Positions 48,896-61,030 of a stretch of 64,000 bases of DNA are shown here, piece after piece. The notes below the pieces were generated by a model. The model saw only the letters and a program-made list of their open reading frames with translations, did not search any database and was not told where the DNA came from. Origin of the DNA: Carcharhinus amblyrhynchos (Eukaryota); assembly GCA_965287045.1 (NCBI GenBank), contig OZ336883.1:33356001-33420000 (forward strand), read 5' to 3'. How positions within the stretch are numbered: position 1 is the first letter of the stretch; every line of letters begins with the position of its first letter. The translations under genes were made by a program, and so were the position numbers.

Positions 48896-49825
48896 GTAAG
48901 GCTGAAAGAACAGCATGAGCCTTCATGTTTTAAACTAGTGGAGTTTATTATTTGATTGCTACCGGAAAGGTGGAGATATCGTTCATTAAGATTCCATCAG
49001 GCCAATCTGATTCAGTTGTAACAATACAATTTGGTTTGGTTAAATTGCAGTTTCTGCTTTGATATGACTGTGTTTGAGCTTATGCAAAGAACCCAGCCTA
49101 ACTCAAGTTTGAGTTTGCACCAAGTACATATCCAGCAGAAAAAAAATGTCTCAGAGATCTTGTTCTGTTTGGGATTCTTGTAGTTGAGCTTCAAGTAGTA
49201 AGTTGTTAATCCTTGTCAACAACTATATAAGGATCTCAGTTTAATGTTGGTGAAGATCATTGCTTTTTGACTAATATTAACTGGAATTAATGAGTAGAGC
49301 TTTATTTGGGCATTTAATGTTCACAGTTCTGCTTTGCATGCATATAGAGCAGTGTGGAGCCAGCAGTGTAATTGCTGGCTAGCACAGTGTCAAACTGCTA
49401 GCTGCAATATAATGGCACCATTTATTTATTTCAAGAATGTTAGTTTTCCTATGTTCTCTTTCCTGGCCTCCTCTCTCTATCCTCCACAAACACCAGTTTA
49501 TGTATAAAATACAGCTCAAGCCCTCACCCATACAGTGCCCTTAACTGACATCAATTTCCGTTGGTTTTTCATGCTTGAGAATTGGCTTTAAAATCTTCAG
49601 CTTCACTCACTTTATTCCCTCGGACTTCCCGATCTTCTCAGCTTCTCCAGCCAGACATACCGACATACAGCATCCATTCCATTCGTACTAGATTACCAGC
49701 ACTATAATGAAATACCGTGGATGCTGTAAGTTTGAAATAAAAACAGAAAATGCTGGCAGGTCAGGCAGCATCTGTGGAGAGAGAAGCAGAGTTATTTCAC
49801 AGACTTTTCAGGTCGATGACTGTAT

Positions 49826-50191
49826 ATTTTGATTTGATTTATTGTCACATGTATTAGTATACAGTGAAAAGCATTGTTTCTTATGCGCTTTACAGACATG
49901 CATACCATTCATAGAGAAAGAAATGTAATGTTGCTGTCATAGCTAGGATGTAGAGAAAGATCAACTTAATGCAAGATAGGTCCATTCAAAAATCTGATGG
50001 CAGTAAGGAAGAAGTTATTCTTGAGTCGTTTGATACGTGACCTCAGACTTTTGTATCGCTTCCCGACAGAAGAAGGTGGAAGAGAGAATGTGCGGGATGC
50101 GTGGGGTTCTTAATTATGCTGGCTGCTTTGCCGAGGCAGTGGGAAGTGTAATCAGAGTCACTGGATGGGAGGCTGGTTTGTGTGATGGACA
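49826..50191 (-). mobile_element. Rex1/Babar-type LINE 3' end
   Basis: SITQTSLPSSDSDYTSHCLGKAASIIKNPTHPAHSLFHLLLSG; tail catgtgacaataaatcaaatc; same family as 19380-19672. Confidence 0.85.
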
Positions 50192-50430
50192 TGACGTGGA
50201 GATGCTGGTGTTGGACTGGGGTAAGCACAATAAGATGTCTCACAACACCAGGTTAAAGTCCAACAGGTTTATTTGGTAGCACAAGCCACAAGCTTTTGGA
50301 ATGCTGCTCCTTCATAAGGTGAGTGGGAGTTGTGTTCACAAACAGGACATATAAAGACACAAACTCAATTTAGAAGATAATGGTTGGAATGTGAGTCTTT
50401 ACAGGTAATCAAGACTTAAAGTATAGACAA
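50192..50430 (-). mobile_element. Penelope-like terminal fragment with degenerate hammerhead
   Basis: Homologous to 30508-30705; minus strand ucac-CUUAUGA-A-GGAGC-AGC-AUUCC-AAAA-GC-UU-gugg at about 50286-50322. Confidence 0.75.
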
Positions 50431-51700
50431 AGTCAATGGATGGGAGGCTGGTTTGTGTGATGGACACAGAGTCAATGGATGGGAGACTGGTTTATGTGAT
50501 GGACACAGAGTCAATGGATGGGAGGCTGGTTTGTGTGATGGACACAGAGTCAATGGATGGGAGGCTGGTTTGTGTGATGGACAGAGTCAATGGATGGGAG
50601 GCTGGTTTGTGTGATGGACACAGAGTCAGTGGATGGGAGGCTGGTTTGTGTGATGAACACAGAGTCAGTGGATGGGAGGCTGGTTTGTGTGATGGACACA
50701 GAGTCAATGGATGGGAGTCTGGTTTGTGTGATGGACACAGAGTCAGTGGATGGGAGGCTGGTTTGTGTGATGGACACAGAGTCAATGGATGGGAGTCTGG
50801 TTTGTGTGATGGACACAGAGTCAATGGATGGGAGGCTGGTTTGTGTGATGGACACAGAGTCAATGGATGGGAGACTGGTTTATGTGATGGACACAGAGTC
50901 AGTGGATGGGAGGCTGGTTTGTGTGATGGACACAGAGTCAGTGGATGGGAGGCTGGTTTATGTGATGGACACAGAGTCAGTGGATGGGAGGCTGGTTTGT
51001 GTGATGGACACAGAGTCAGTGGATGGGAGGCTGGTTTGTGTGATGGACACAGAGTCAGTGGATGGGAGGCTGGTTTGTGTGATGGACACAGAGTCAGTGG
51101 GTGGGAGGCTGGTTTGTGTGATGGACACAGAGTCAATGGATGGGAGGCTGGTTTGTGTGATGGACACAGAGTCAGTGGATGGGAGGCTGGTTTGTGTGAT
51201 GGACACAGAGTCAGTGGATGGGAGGCTGGTTTGTGTGATGGACACAGAGTCAGTGGATGGGAGGCTGGTTTGTGTGATGGACACAGAGTCAGTGGATGGG
51301 AGGCTGGTTTGTGTGATGGACACAGAGTCAGTGGATGGGAGGCTGGTTTGTGTGATGGACACAGAGTCAGTGGATGGGAGGCTGGTTTGTGTGATGGACA
51401 CAGAGTCAGTGGATGGGAGACTGGTTTGTGTGATGGACACAGAGTCAGTGGATGGGAGGCTGGTTTGTGTGATGGACACAGAGTCAGTGGATGGGAGGCT
51501 GGTTTGTGTGATGGACACAGAGTCAGTGGATGGGAGGCTGGTTTGTGTGATGGACACAGAGTCAGTGGATGGGAGGCTGGTTTGTGTGATGGACACAGAG
51601 TCAGTGGATGGGAGGCTGGTTTGTGTGATGGACACAGAGTCAGTGGATGGGAGGCTGGTTTGTGTGATGGACACAGAGTTAGTGAATGGGAGGCTGGTTT
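50431..51700. repeat. 39-bp minisatellite, about 32-33 copies
   Basis: Unit agtca(a/g)tggatgggaggctggtttgtgtgatggacacag; one unit near 50580 is 2 bp short. Confidence 0.98.
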
Positions 51701-51732
51701 GATACATCAGAATTCATCAAACCTGAAGCATT

Positions 51733-51859
51733 GGGAGGAATTTTCCTGTCCTGCCCGCTATGGAAATCATAGTGGGCGGGGCATGGACGATGCAAAGGTC
51801 TGTTGATCTCGGGCAGGATTTTCCAGTCTTGGAGCAAACTCAGCTGGAAAATCCTACCC
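51733..51859. mobile_element. Harbinger-like MITE
   Basis: TIRs gggaggaattttcc / ggaaaatcctaccc; exact 3-bp TSD att (51730-51732 and 51860-51862). Confidence 0.75.
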
Positions 51860-52071
51860 ATTAACTCTACTTCTCCCACCACAGACTCTGCCTAGCCTGC
51901 TTCATATTTCAGTTTTGATACAAGATTGCTCCTTACTCACCTCACCAGGGAAATCTGCCCTATCAGCTACTCTCCTCTGTCCTCTGGGACTTGTCTGCTT
52001 AGTCTCCATTCTTTGAGCATTGCTATTGAGATATAATTTGTTTGTTTCTTGAACTTGTTGAGGAACTTGCG

Positions 52072-52385
52072 TGGGCAGCACAGTGGTTAGCAGTGCTGCC
52101 TCACAGTATCAAAGACCCAGATTTGATTCCTAGCTTGAATATCTGTCAGTGTGGAGTCTGCATATTCTCCCCATGTCTGCATGGATTTCCTCCAGGTTCC
52201 CTCCCACAGCCTGAAAGATGTGCTGGTTCGATGCATTGGCTATGTTAAATTCTCCCTCACTGCACTCGAACATGCGCTGGAATGTGGCCACTAGGGGATT
52301 TTCACAGTAACTTCATTGCAGAGTTAATGTAAGCCGACTTATGACACTAATAAATAAACTTCAAAACTTTAAAACTTTAAACTTG
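52072..52385 (+). mobile_element. V-SINE, tail-B subfamily
   Basis: Head, core and tail-B ending in aaacttt repeats. Confidence 0.9.
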
Positions 52386-54179
52386 ATTAACAATAATCAG
52401 TTTATCAATGACGTCTAGCATTTTTTGGTTTTATTTAAATACGCAAACACTAAAGACTGACTAACGAAATTAAGTTGGACAACTTTCAGAATAAATAGGG
52501 TCATTGATTGAAATTGTTTGACTTCCACATGATATGATGAGCCTAGCTGAAAGTTAAATTGGCCAGAGCTTACTAAATATATTTATCACAGCTATAGTCA
52601 ATCAAGTAAAACAAGATTCCTTCATGTCTAAACGATTTCAGTGTATTGAATACTGAGTGACTTATACTGTTCTCCAGCGATGAAAGCTATTTGTATCATT
52701 AGGCCGTATATGTGTTCTCTTATCCCCCTGTTCCACTTACTTGAAACAAAGATACTTTTGAATTGTTCTACATTATCCAGAGCATAATTATGAAGCTGAT
52801 TTGATGATCACAAATGTTGTATTGCCAAGGTAGAAATGTCAGAGGATAAAACCATATAAAGTTGAAGAATGTCTTGGTAAATTGCAAATGTGATTGAACA
52901 ATGAGCCAAGAGAGTAAAAAGTTTCCCAGCTGTAGTTGTTTAGTGCTGAATTAGTCAGTCTCAAATCAGGCAGGTATTCAGGGTGTTATAACATCTCAAA
53001 GCACTGGGGGTTCTGTGCCCACTGGGCACCGCAGGAACTGGGGTGCATTATTGACCCCCTTCAATCACATTTTAATTTGATGTTTTAAGTTTCCTTTTGT
53101 TTTGGGTGGCTGTCCTCCTTTTGGGAGCTGCCCCTTTTCAATTGTCCTTGAGTTAGTTTGAGTTGGTTTATTTGGTTGGACAATAAAAGATGTCCCAAAG
53201 TACCTGGGGAGGGGAGAATTGCCGAAGTGATCAGGACAGAGAACCGATGTGCTGAACCCTGTTGAGAATGTGCATGTGTTTTGAACAGATTTGAACTGAC
53301 TGTGAAGTTAACAAGCTTGCTAATAATAATATTCACTATCCACAAAGAATTCGGATGTGATCCACATCAGTGTAGGCTAGCTGCAGCATGTAGCAATGTA
53401 CCCGCTACTGTCCTGCTACTTTCAAGATAGGAGGGGGAAACTGGAAGAGGAGTGTTGAATATGCCTCTATGGACTAAGGATGCATCAGGAATCACGAGGC
53501 AGGCTTAATAACTTGAGGACTGGGAGCTCTTTAGCAGAAGTCTGCACTAATTCACAGTCAGATTTAAGACTGACCAACCAGGTCCCACACTGGGAGGAGC
53601 TAATTGCCCAGGAGTCATCTGACCCATGCTCTTAAAGGGGCACTCCACACTCCAAGCCCCAACACACTCAATGTATAGATGTACATCACAGGGAAGACAG
53701 GAAAAGATACCAACTAAATGAAGAAAGGTGCAGAAAGTAACCCCAGGTTAAATTTATCTATTTTGTTGTTGTATTTGGTACATTCAGTATTGCCAGTAGT
53801 ATACTAAAAGGATGTTCTTATACAGTTTTGTAATGTACTGCATCTTATAGAATGCAGGCATAATTGGCCAGCGAAAGCCAACAAATGTCAAGTGTAGGAA
53901 AGAATGTGCTCAGTTTCTAAATAATTTATACAGCAGTGTCAGATTAAATCCTCCTGGCTTTAACATGTGGAAATGTTAGAGGAAATCAGGAGGTATATTT
54001 CAATGGAAGAGTAAAAGAATAACTGGATGTTGAAAGGGATTGTGTGCAAAATATTGACAAGGGAATATGAGTGAAGTATTCTTTTGTAGTGCATGTAACA
54101 CACTGCTTAAATGAGAGCTACAGGATTGGATATTATTTGACATTTACATAAAGTAGAAGTTCTTATTGCCAATTCCAAG

Positions 54180-54790
54180 AAGTCTCACTCCAAGGTTCGA
54201 GCACACAATCTAGGTTGCTACTTCAGCAGGACTGAAAAAGTGTTATGTTGTCAAGGATGCTGTTCTGTACAGATGTTAAACTGAGGCCATGGTGGCACAG
54301 TGGTTAGCACTGCTGCCTCACAGCGCCAGGGACCTGTGCTCAATTCCGACTGACTGTGTGGAGTTTGCACGTTTTCCCTGTGTCAGTGTGGATTTCCTAT
54401 GGGTGCTCCAGCTTTCTCCCAGTCAAAGGATGTAAGGGTTTAGGTGGATTGGCCATGCTAAGTTGACCCTTAATGTATCAAGATGTGTAGGTTAAGTGGA
54501 TTAGTCATGGTGAATGTGTGGAGTTATGGGGATAAGGTGGAGGAAAGGGCCTGGGTAACATATTCAGAATTGGTACAGACTTGATGGGCTGAATGGCCTC
54601 CTTCTGCACTGTAGAGATTCTATGATTTGTCAGTTCAGCTGAACAAAAAGATCCTATGGCATTATTTGAAGAAAGGCAGGGACTTAGGAAGTCTTAACGA
54701 ATAGTCATCCCTAAACAACATCAAAGGTGGGTAGAAAATGATAGCCTTGCTGTGTTCACCCTGCAGTTGAATAGCCTTTTGGCAGCCTGC
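54180..54790 (+). mobile_element. Deu-domain SINE split by an HE1 insertion
   Basis: gagcacacaatctaggttg...agatgttaaactgaggcc | ...aaaagatcctatggcattatttgaagaa. Confidence 0.6.
54288..54627 (+). mobile_element. HE1-like SINE, CR1-type tail
   Basis: Full head, core and tail. Confidence 0.9.
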
Positions 54791-54935
54791 ATGAATAATA
54801 ATCACATTGACAATGGTTACAGATAGGAGAGAGACAGTCAGACTGGATTTAATTCCTCTCACTCCCTGCCCAAAAGCAGATATTTTAAATTCTTTTCTAT
54901 GTATGAGTGGCTTGTTTTCACACAAACCCTCAGTT

Positions 54936-55860
54936 TGTGAGATCCAATTTACTAATAATCCACAGCAAACTCACAGTAAGATTAACTCAGAAGGTTACTT
55001 ATTTCACATTCAAGAACTGGGACCATTCTACAAACATGCATGGACTCACAGACCGACAGATTCACAAAGGCACACATACATGCAGACGCGTACACAGACA
55101 TAGAGCTTTCAAACGATGGATAATAACAATACAAGGTTCACAGAAATGAATGTTAATTCATGTGAGGGTGTTTCCTTTATGGCTAACTTCAGTTCCAAAA
55201 AATTTTGGTTAGAGTAGACTACATAAAATCATTAAAATTGTTCGGCTAGGCAACTGGAATCCTTTCCGATTGACATTAAAACAACAGTTTGAGGATTTCT
55301 CCACTCTCAAAGGCATATAGAGATTTCAAAATAGTCACTCGAATCATGCGATCTTTTATTTCTCCTACGGTGACTTCAATAGGGATATTTATCCAGTGTC
55401 TGAAACTGGTTTTGATTTCTGGACTGATAATGATCCAATCTTTAGCTGTTGAAAGCCTAACCATCCACATTGAGGGTCTGTTGTTGGAAAGCCATTGTCT
55501 AGACTTATCTTCTGAATCCATTAAAAGCGTTAGCTTATTAGATACAAATGACTTCCCTTGGTTCCCTTTTGAATTGGACCTGGATAGTCCAATGTGTCTA
55601 TTGGCAGCTCTGCAAGCATAATGAGGTTCAATTTCTGAATCTCTTGGTTATGTGATTGAAAGGGGTCTGTCCAATGAGGTGTGAGATTCTACAGGCTGCA
55701 AAAAATAATTACTTTGTTCCTGTAATCCCTCTTGGTGCCTCTTAGAACAAGGGCCCAGCCCTGTGGTCAGGTGACCTGTAGCAGCTTTTGTTTTCAGCAA
55801 AAAAATTATTTTTTTCTTTAAATAGCAATGGAATAAAGTTCTGGATTTCTTTTCATGGCT
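54936..55860. mobile_element. Possible solo LTR
   Basis: Starts tgtgagatcc; composition resembles the other LTR candidates; 3' end and TSD unclear. Confidence 0.3.
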
Positions 55861-55967
55861 TGGGAACCCAGTAGAAGGGACAGATTGAGGCTTGGAACTA
55901 TACTCAGGCAAAAATTATTACCTTCAGAAGGGGAAAAAATATAGCAGACAAACAAATCAATACATGT

Positions 55968-56297
55968 ACATAGAATCATAGAAACCCTACAGTGCAGAAA
56001 GAGGCCATTTGGCCCATTGAGTCTGCACTGACCACAATCCCACCCAGGCCCTACCCACATATCCCTACATATTTACCCCCTAATCCCTCAAATGTACGCA
56101 TCTCAGAACACTATGGGGCAATCTTAGCATAGCCAATCAACCTAACCCACACATTTTTGGACTGTAGAAGAAAAGTAGATTCCCCTGGAGGAAACCCACG
56201 CAGACACGAGGAGAATGTGCAAACTCCACACGTTCTCAAGACTCAAGCCAGGAATTGAACCCAGGTCCCTGGAGCTATGAAACAGCAGTGCTAACCA
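55968..56297 (-). mobile_element. HE1-like SINE, CR1-type tail
   Basis: Head, core and tail. Confidence 0.9.
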
Positions 56298-56440
56298 GTA
56301 CCTTTTAATTGTTGAGTTAAACATTGAATCATGCAATACGTAAGGAGGAAATTCAGCAGCTCATTGTGCCTGTGCTAACTATCTGGCAGCATCTGTGAAG
56401 AAGAAAACAGGTTTTGACCTTTCATCAGAACTGATTGTCT

Positions 56441-56752
56441 GCATAGAAACCAGAAGCAAGAGTAGGCCACTCAGCTCTTCGAACCTGCTCCACCATTCAT
56501 CATCTTAATCATGGCTGATCACCAAATTCGATACCCTGATGCCTCCCCTTTCCTCCGATGATCTCTTTAGCCCCAAAATCTCTATCTAATTTCTTCTTGA
56601 AATTTGACAACACTTTGGCCTCAGCTACACTTAGTGGGAGTGAATTCCACAGATTCACCCTCTCTGGGTGACGAAACTTCCCCTCACCTGTTCTAAAAGG
56701 TTTGCCCTTTATCCTCAAACTATGACCCCTTGTCCTGGACTCCCCCACCATT
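56441..56752 (-). mobile_element. CR1 LINE 3' end
   Basis: VGESRTRGHSLRIKGKPFRT...RVNLWNSLP. Confidence 0.9.
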
Positions 56753-57184
56753 CTTCAGTCCCTCTCACCTGGTCATTGTTTATAGAGTAGCAAATATGTC
56801 ATTATGAAGTGGGCATCCAACACCCATTGAAAGTTACTATTGAAACCGCTTCCATCAATCTTTCCAGCAGTGTATTCAAGAGCTAAACATCATTAACATG
56901 GAAACTCCAGGCCAACTTTACCAGATTCGTGCTGGCCAGAGGGAGACGGAGGCCCATAAAATTATCTGGGTGGTCTCCCTGCTGCCCTTCTTCCAGGTCG
57001 CAATTTTACTTGGGTCAACTTGATTCTGTATGGTCTTCTGGACTCAACATTGAATTGAAAAACTTTAGATCATAACTTCTGCATTCTACTTGTTCTATGT
57101 GTTTATTTGTTTTGGTTGTTTAGTCTCTTCATGTTGCATTCAGATGGTAACTATGGCCTACATCTGGACACAATGTTTGTCTCT

Positions 57185-57421
57185 TTACTCCATTAATGTT
57201 CCCCTTGACTCCTTCAAGCATGAATTATTTTGTTATTTAATCTCTCCTACCCTCTACCCTATCGTAGAACTTCCCTTTTACTTTTCTTCAGAGTTCTGAA
57301 GAAGGGCCATATGGACTGGAAACATTCTCTCTGCACAGATGCTTCCAGACCCGCTGAGGTTTTCCAGCATTTTCTGTTTTTGTTTCAGATTTTCAGCATC
57401 GGCTGTATTTTGCTTTTATTA
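57185..57421 (+). mobile_element. Penelope-like terminal fragment with degenerate hammerhead
   Basis: gagtt-CTGAAGA-agggccatatggactg-GAAA-catt (57296-57322), then acagatgcttccagacccgctgag...tttccagcattttctg as in the 27361-27419 arm. Confidence 0.65.
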
Positions 57422-58365
57422 ACTCTTATTCCGATAGCATCCCAACGCTACTTCTCAACTTCCACAGGCTACCAAACCCCTATAATATTTAAGAAACATT
57501 AAAATTTGAGAAACTAGTTATTTCATCAACTGACTCAAAATCATCATTGTTATTTGAAAAAGTCTCTGATAAGCCATTGTGGCCAGAAATCTCTGGTCTG
57601 CCAATGAGACCGCAAAATCCCAACTACAGGCGTGGTCAGAGAATTCCGGCCCTCACTCTTCTGTGCTCTAGCAAAAATAATCCCACTTATGTTCATAAAA
57701 ATGCCAAAAAAAATCAGTTCTATAGTCAATATAAATTGAAGGCCAGTGTGATGGACCACATCAGATTTTTGAAAGAACTTTCATCTGACCATTGCATAGC
57801 ACTGAGGTTGAGGGTCATTTTTGTGTCCTGCTGCCAGTGCTGAGTGTGAAGTGGAATCTGAGCACAGTGTTGTATATTGGGCATTGTTACACTGATCAAT
57901 ATACTGCACTGACACTAAACATCAACGTACCCTGACGACGAAGACAAGGTATTAGAATCGTAAATCAGGAAGGACACTCTCAATCAATGGTCTGAAATTC
58001 TCTGGCCATTCATGCTGGTGAAATCTCTGGTCTGGCAGATCCTGCCACCAGCAAACATGTACCACCTCCCGCTGCCAAGATAAACACTGAGGGGAGGCCA
58101 GAGAGTCTCGTTAGCTGTTTGAAAGAGCAGTCAGGTTTAAACCCCACACCCTCGCTCTTTGTCCATAACCCTTGTAAATTTTTCATCCTAAAGTATCTCT
58201 GAACCTGCGTTTGAAATGATGTGTGCTAATGATTTAGATTCCGAGAATGCTTACAGCCCAAGAGGAGGCCATTTGTTGCGCCACCTTTTCAGCTACGGCA
58301 TTCTGACAATCATTTCCTTTCTGGATCCTTTGCAAGCGATTTTGGAACTATGACCTCTTGTTAAC

Positions 58366-58497
58366 GTAGAAGATAGGAGCAGGAGGAGGCCATTTGGCCC
58401 TTCGAGCCTGCTCCACAATTCATTATCATCATGGCTGATCATCCAATTCAATAGCCTAATCCTGCTTTTTTCCCATAACCTTTGATCCCATTCGCCC
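58366..58497 (-). mobile_element. CR1 LINE 3' tail
   Basis: aggagcaggaggaggccatttggcccttcgagcctgctcc...atcatggctgatc. Confidence 0.8.
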
Positions 58498-58824
58498 GGT
58501 TATTGACCCATTAATGAGAACATCAGTTCCAACCAAGCCTCTCATCCTCCAAAGGCCTCAGTTAGATCACCTCTAGAGCTTCTCCTTATTGAAAGGCAGT
58601 CTGAACATTTCCACCTTTTCCTGAGACTTGAATTTCTTCTTCTCTGCTAACATCCCGCTAAACCTGGTTTGTACCATTTCTGACACCTGGACATATTTCC
58701 CACAGTAATTGACCCAGAATTGTTCACAACCCCCAGCTAAGACTTAGCCAGTAATTTATAAAATTATAGCATGAGCCCTTTGTTTTCTATATTTATAAAC
58801 TCAAATAACCCACGTGTTTTATTC

Positions 58825-58960
58825 TAGTTCTAATATAAGGGCATCAACCTGAAATGTTAACTCTGGTTCTCTCTCCTCCGATGCTGCCTGACCTACTGAG
58901 TATTTTCCGCATTTTCTGTTTTTATTTCCGATTGCTAACGTCCACAGGATTTTGATTTTA
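58825..58960 (+). mobile_element. Degraded Penelope-like terminal fragment
   Basis: catcaacctgaaatgttaactct...gatgctgcctgacctactgagtatttt; hammerhead core decayed. Confidence 0.55.
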
Positions 58961-59025
58961 ACTACCTTATCAATTTGCCCTGCCATCTTTTAAGATTTCA
59001 ATATATTACCTCAAGATCCCCCTGT

Positions 59026-59313
59026 TGGCACAGTGCTTAGCACTGCTGCCTCACAGCTCCAGGTTTGATTCCAGTCTTGGGTGACCGTGTGAGTGTGGCG
59101 TTTGCACATTCTCCTTGTATCTGTGTGGATTTCCCCTGGACGCTCCGGTTTCCTCCCACAGATTAGGTGGATTGGTCATGCTAAATTATCCGTTGGTGTC
59201 AGGGGGATCAGCAGAGTTAATACGTGGGATTACAGGGATAGGGCCAATAGCATTATTGTCAGTGCAGGCTTGATGGACTGAATGGCCTCCTTCTGCACTC
59301 TTTGGATTCTATG
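59026..59313 (+). mobile_element. HE1-like SINE, CR1-type tail
   Basis: Head, core and tail. Confidence 0.88.
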
Positions 59314-60011
59314 TTCGTATACATTTGTCAAAATCACAATATGAATAATGTACCATCACTTCTTATTAGTCTCCCAAAAGCTATTACTTCCAATTTCTCA
59401 GCATTGAACTTCATCTGTCCTGTCTCTGACTTTTTCACCCTCCTTAAGTCGACACTTATCAACATCACTCGACTACTTTGCCAAATTTTGCTAAACAATA
59501 TATGAAACAATATGAAATAATTTGCACCTATCGCTCAGTAAACCAGTCATAATCTTGCTTTCTATAGCAAGAAAGATAAAAAATCTCCAGAAGAACATCA
59601 ACAAAATTTTGAAAGCAGATCCATGTGTCCCTACACCAATTTATTTGATTTCTGTTCGGGTACTCAAGCTTTTTGAGTTGCTGGATGCTATTTTTATAGG
59701 GGTCATGACCTTTGTTAGAAGAGTATCTGGAAATAGCTTCACATCATAATGCATGTTTGCCTTGTTCTTGAGTAAGTTCTGGCTGCTGCTGTTCACTGAT
59801 AAAGGTGAACTTTCTCAGCATCTTTTTAATACAGATATTCACTTCTTTCTTTAAATAGCTACACTTTTTTAAAAAGCAATCACTAAAGATATACAAGCAT
59901 GTTAAACAATTCTACAGGAAGCATTGTTGTTTGTGCATGTAGCCTATGTGAGGAGATTCTGAAACTGAGCGCACCTTCAACCAATACAAAAGAGGTATGG
60001 GTCAGGTTCAG

Positions 60012-60665
60012 TCGGCAGTTGGAAGGCAAATGCAATGTTAGCATTCATGTCAAAAGGGCTAGAATACAAGAGCAGGGATGTACTTGAGGCTGTATGAGGC
60101 TCTGGTCAGACTCCATTTGAAGTATTGAGTAGTTTTGAGCCCCATATCTAAGGAAGGATATGCTGGCCTTGGAAAGGATCCAGAGGAGGTTCACAAGAAT
60201 GATCCTTGGAATGAAGAGCTTATCAGACGAGCAACAGTTGAGGACTCTGGGTCTGTACTCGTTGGAGTTTAGACGGATGAGGGGGATCTTATTGAAACTT
60301 AGAGGACATGCGAGGCCTGAATAGAGTGGACATGGGGAGGATGTTTCCACTAGTAGGGAAAACTAGAACAAGAGGGCACAACCTCAGACTAAAGGCATGA
60401 TCCTTTAAAAGAGAAATGAGGAGGAAGTTCTTCAGCCAGAGAGTGGTGAATCTGTGGAACCCTTTGCCGCAGAGGGCTGTGGAGGTCAGGTCATTGAGTG
60501 TCTAAGACAGAGATAGATAGGCTCTTGATTACTAAGAGGGTCAGGGGTTATGGGGAAAAAGCAGGAGAATGGGGATGATACAAATATCAGCCATGATTGA
60601 ATGGCAGAGCAGACTCAATGGGCCGAGTGGCCTAATTCTGCTCCCATGTCTAATGGTCTTATGGG
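60012..60665 (+). mobile_element. CR1 LINE 3' portion
   Basis: gcaaatgcaatgttagcattc...ccagaggaggttcacaagaatgat...cagagagtggtgaatctgtggaa...ggcctaattctgctcccatgtctaatggtcttatgg. Confidence 0.92.
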
Positions 60666-60710
60666 TCAAAGTCATTCTTTAAATTTTGTGAAAGAGAATA
60701 ACCTATATAC

Positions 60711-61030
60711 AATCATAGAATCTCTACAGTGCAGAAGGAGGCCATTCAGCCCATCGAGTCTGCACTGACCATAATCCCACCCAGGCCTTATTCTCGTAAC
60801 CCCACATATTTACTCTGCTTTTCCCCTGACACTATGGGGCAATCAACAGTGGCCAATCAACTTAATTCACACATCATTGGACGGTGGGAGGAAACTTGAG
60901 CATGAGGAGGAAACCCACGCAGACACGGGGAGAACCTGCAAATTCCACATAGACAGTGACCCAAACAGGGAATCGAGCCCAGGTCCCTGGTGCTGTGAGG
61001 CAACAGTGCTAACCACAATGCCACCATGCC
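60711..61030 (-). mobile_element. HE1-like SINE, CR1-type tail
   Basis: Full head, core and tail. Confidence 0.9.

Larger units (their letters stand above)
49700..51925. mobile_element. Palindromic Penelope-like element split by nested insertions (arms about 49700-49822 and 51704-51925)
   Basis: Left arm aaacagaaaatgctggcaggtcaggcagcatctgtggagagagaagcagagtt...tttcaggtcgatgac; right arm tcatcaaacctgaagcatt[MITE]aactctacttctcccaccacagactctgcctagcctgc is its reverse complement. Confidence 0.6.

Noticed and set aside
50431-51700. CRISPR array
   Set aside because: Head-to-tail repeats with no unique spacers, no cas genes, vertebrate context
50436-51806. 456-aa, 370-aa, 249-aa and 214-aa ORFs as repeat-protein genes
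   Set aside because: They are open only because the 39-bp unit lacks stops in several frames on both strands; the unit derives from a LINE fragment and there are no supporting gene signals
55276-55621. Overlapping 81-aa and 110-aa ORFs
   Set aside because: No recognisable domain; they lie in an LTR-like block
57838-57948. Possible next coding exon (ctgccag...gacaag|gtatta)
   Set aside because: All three frames contain a stop before the weak donor
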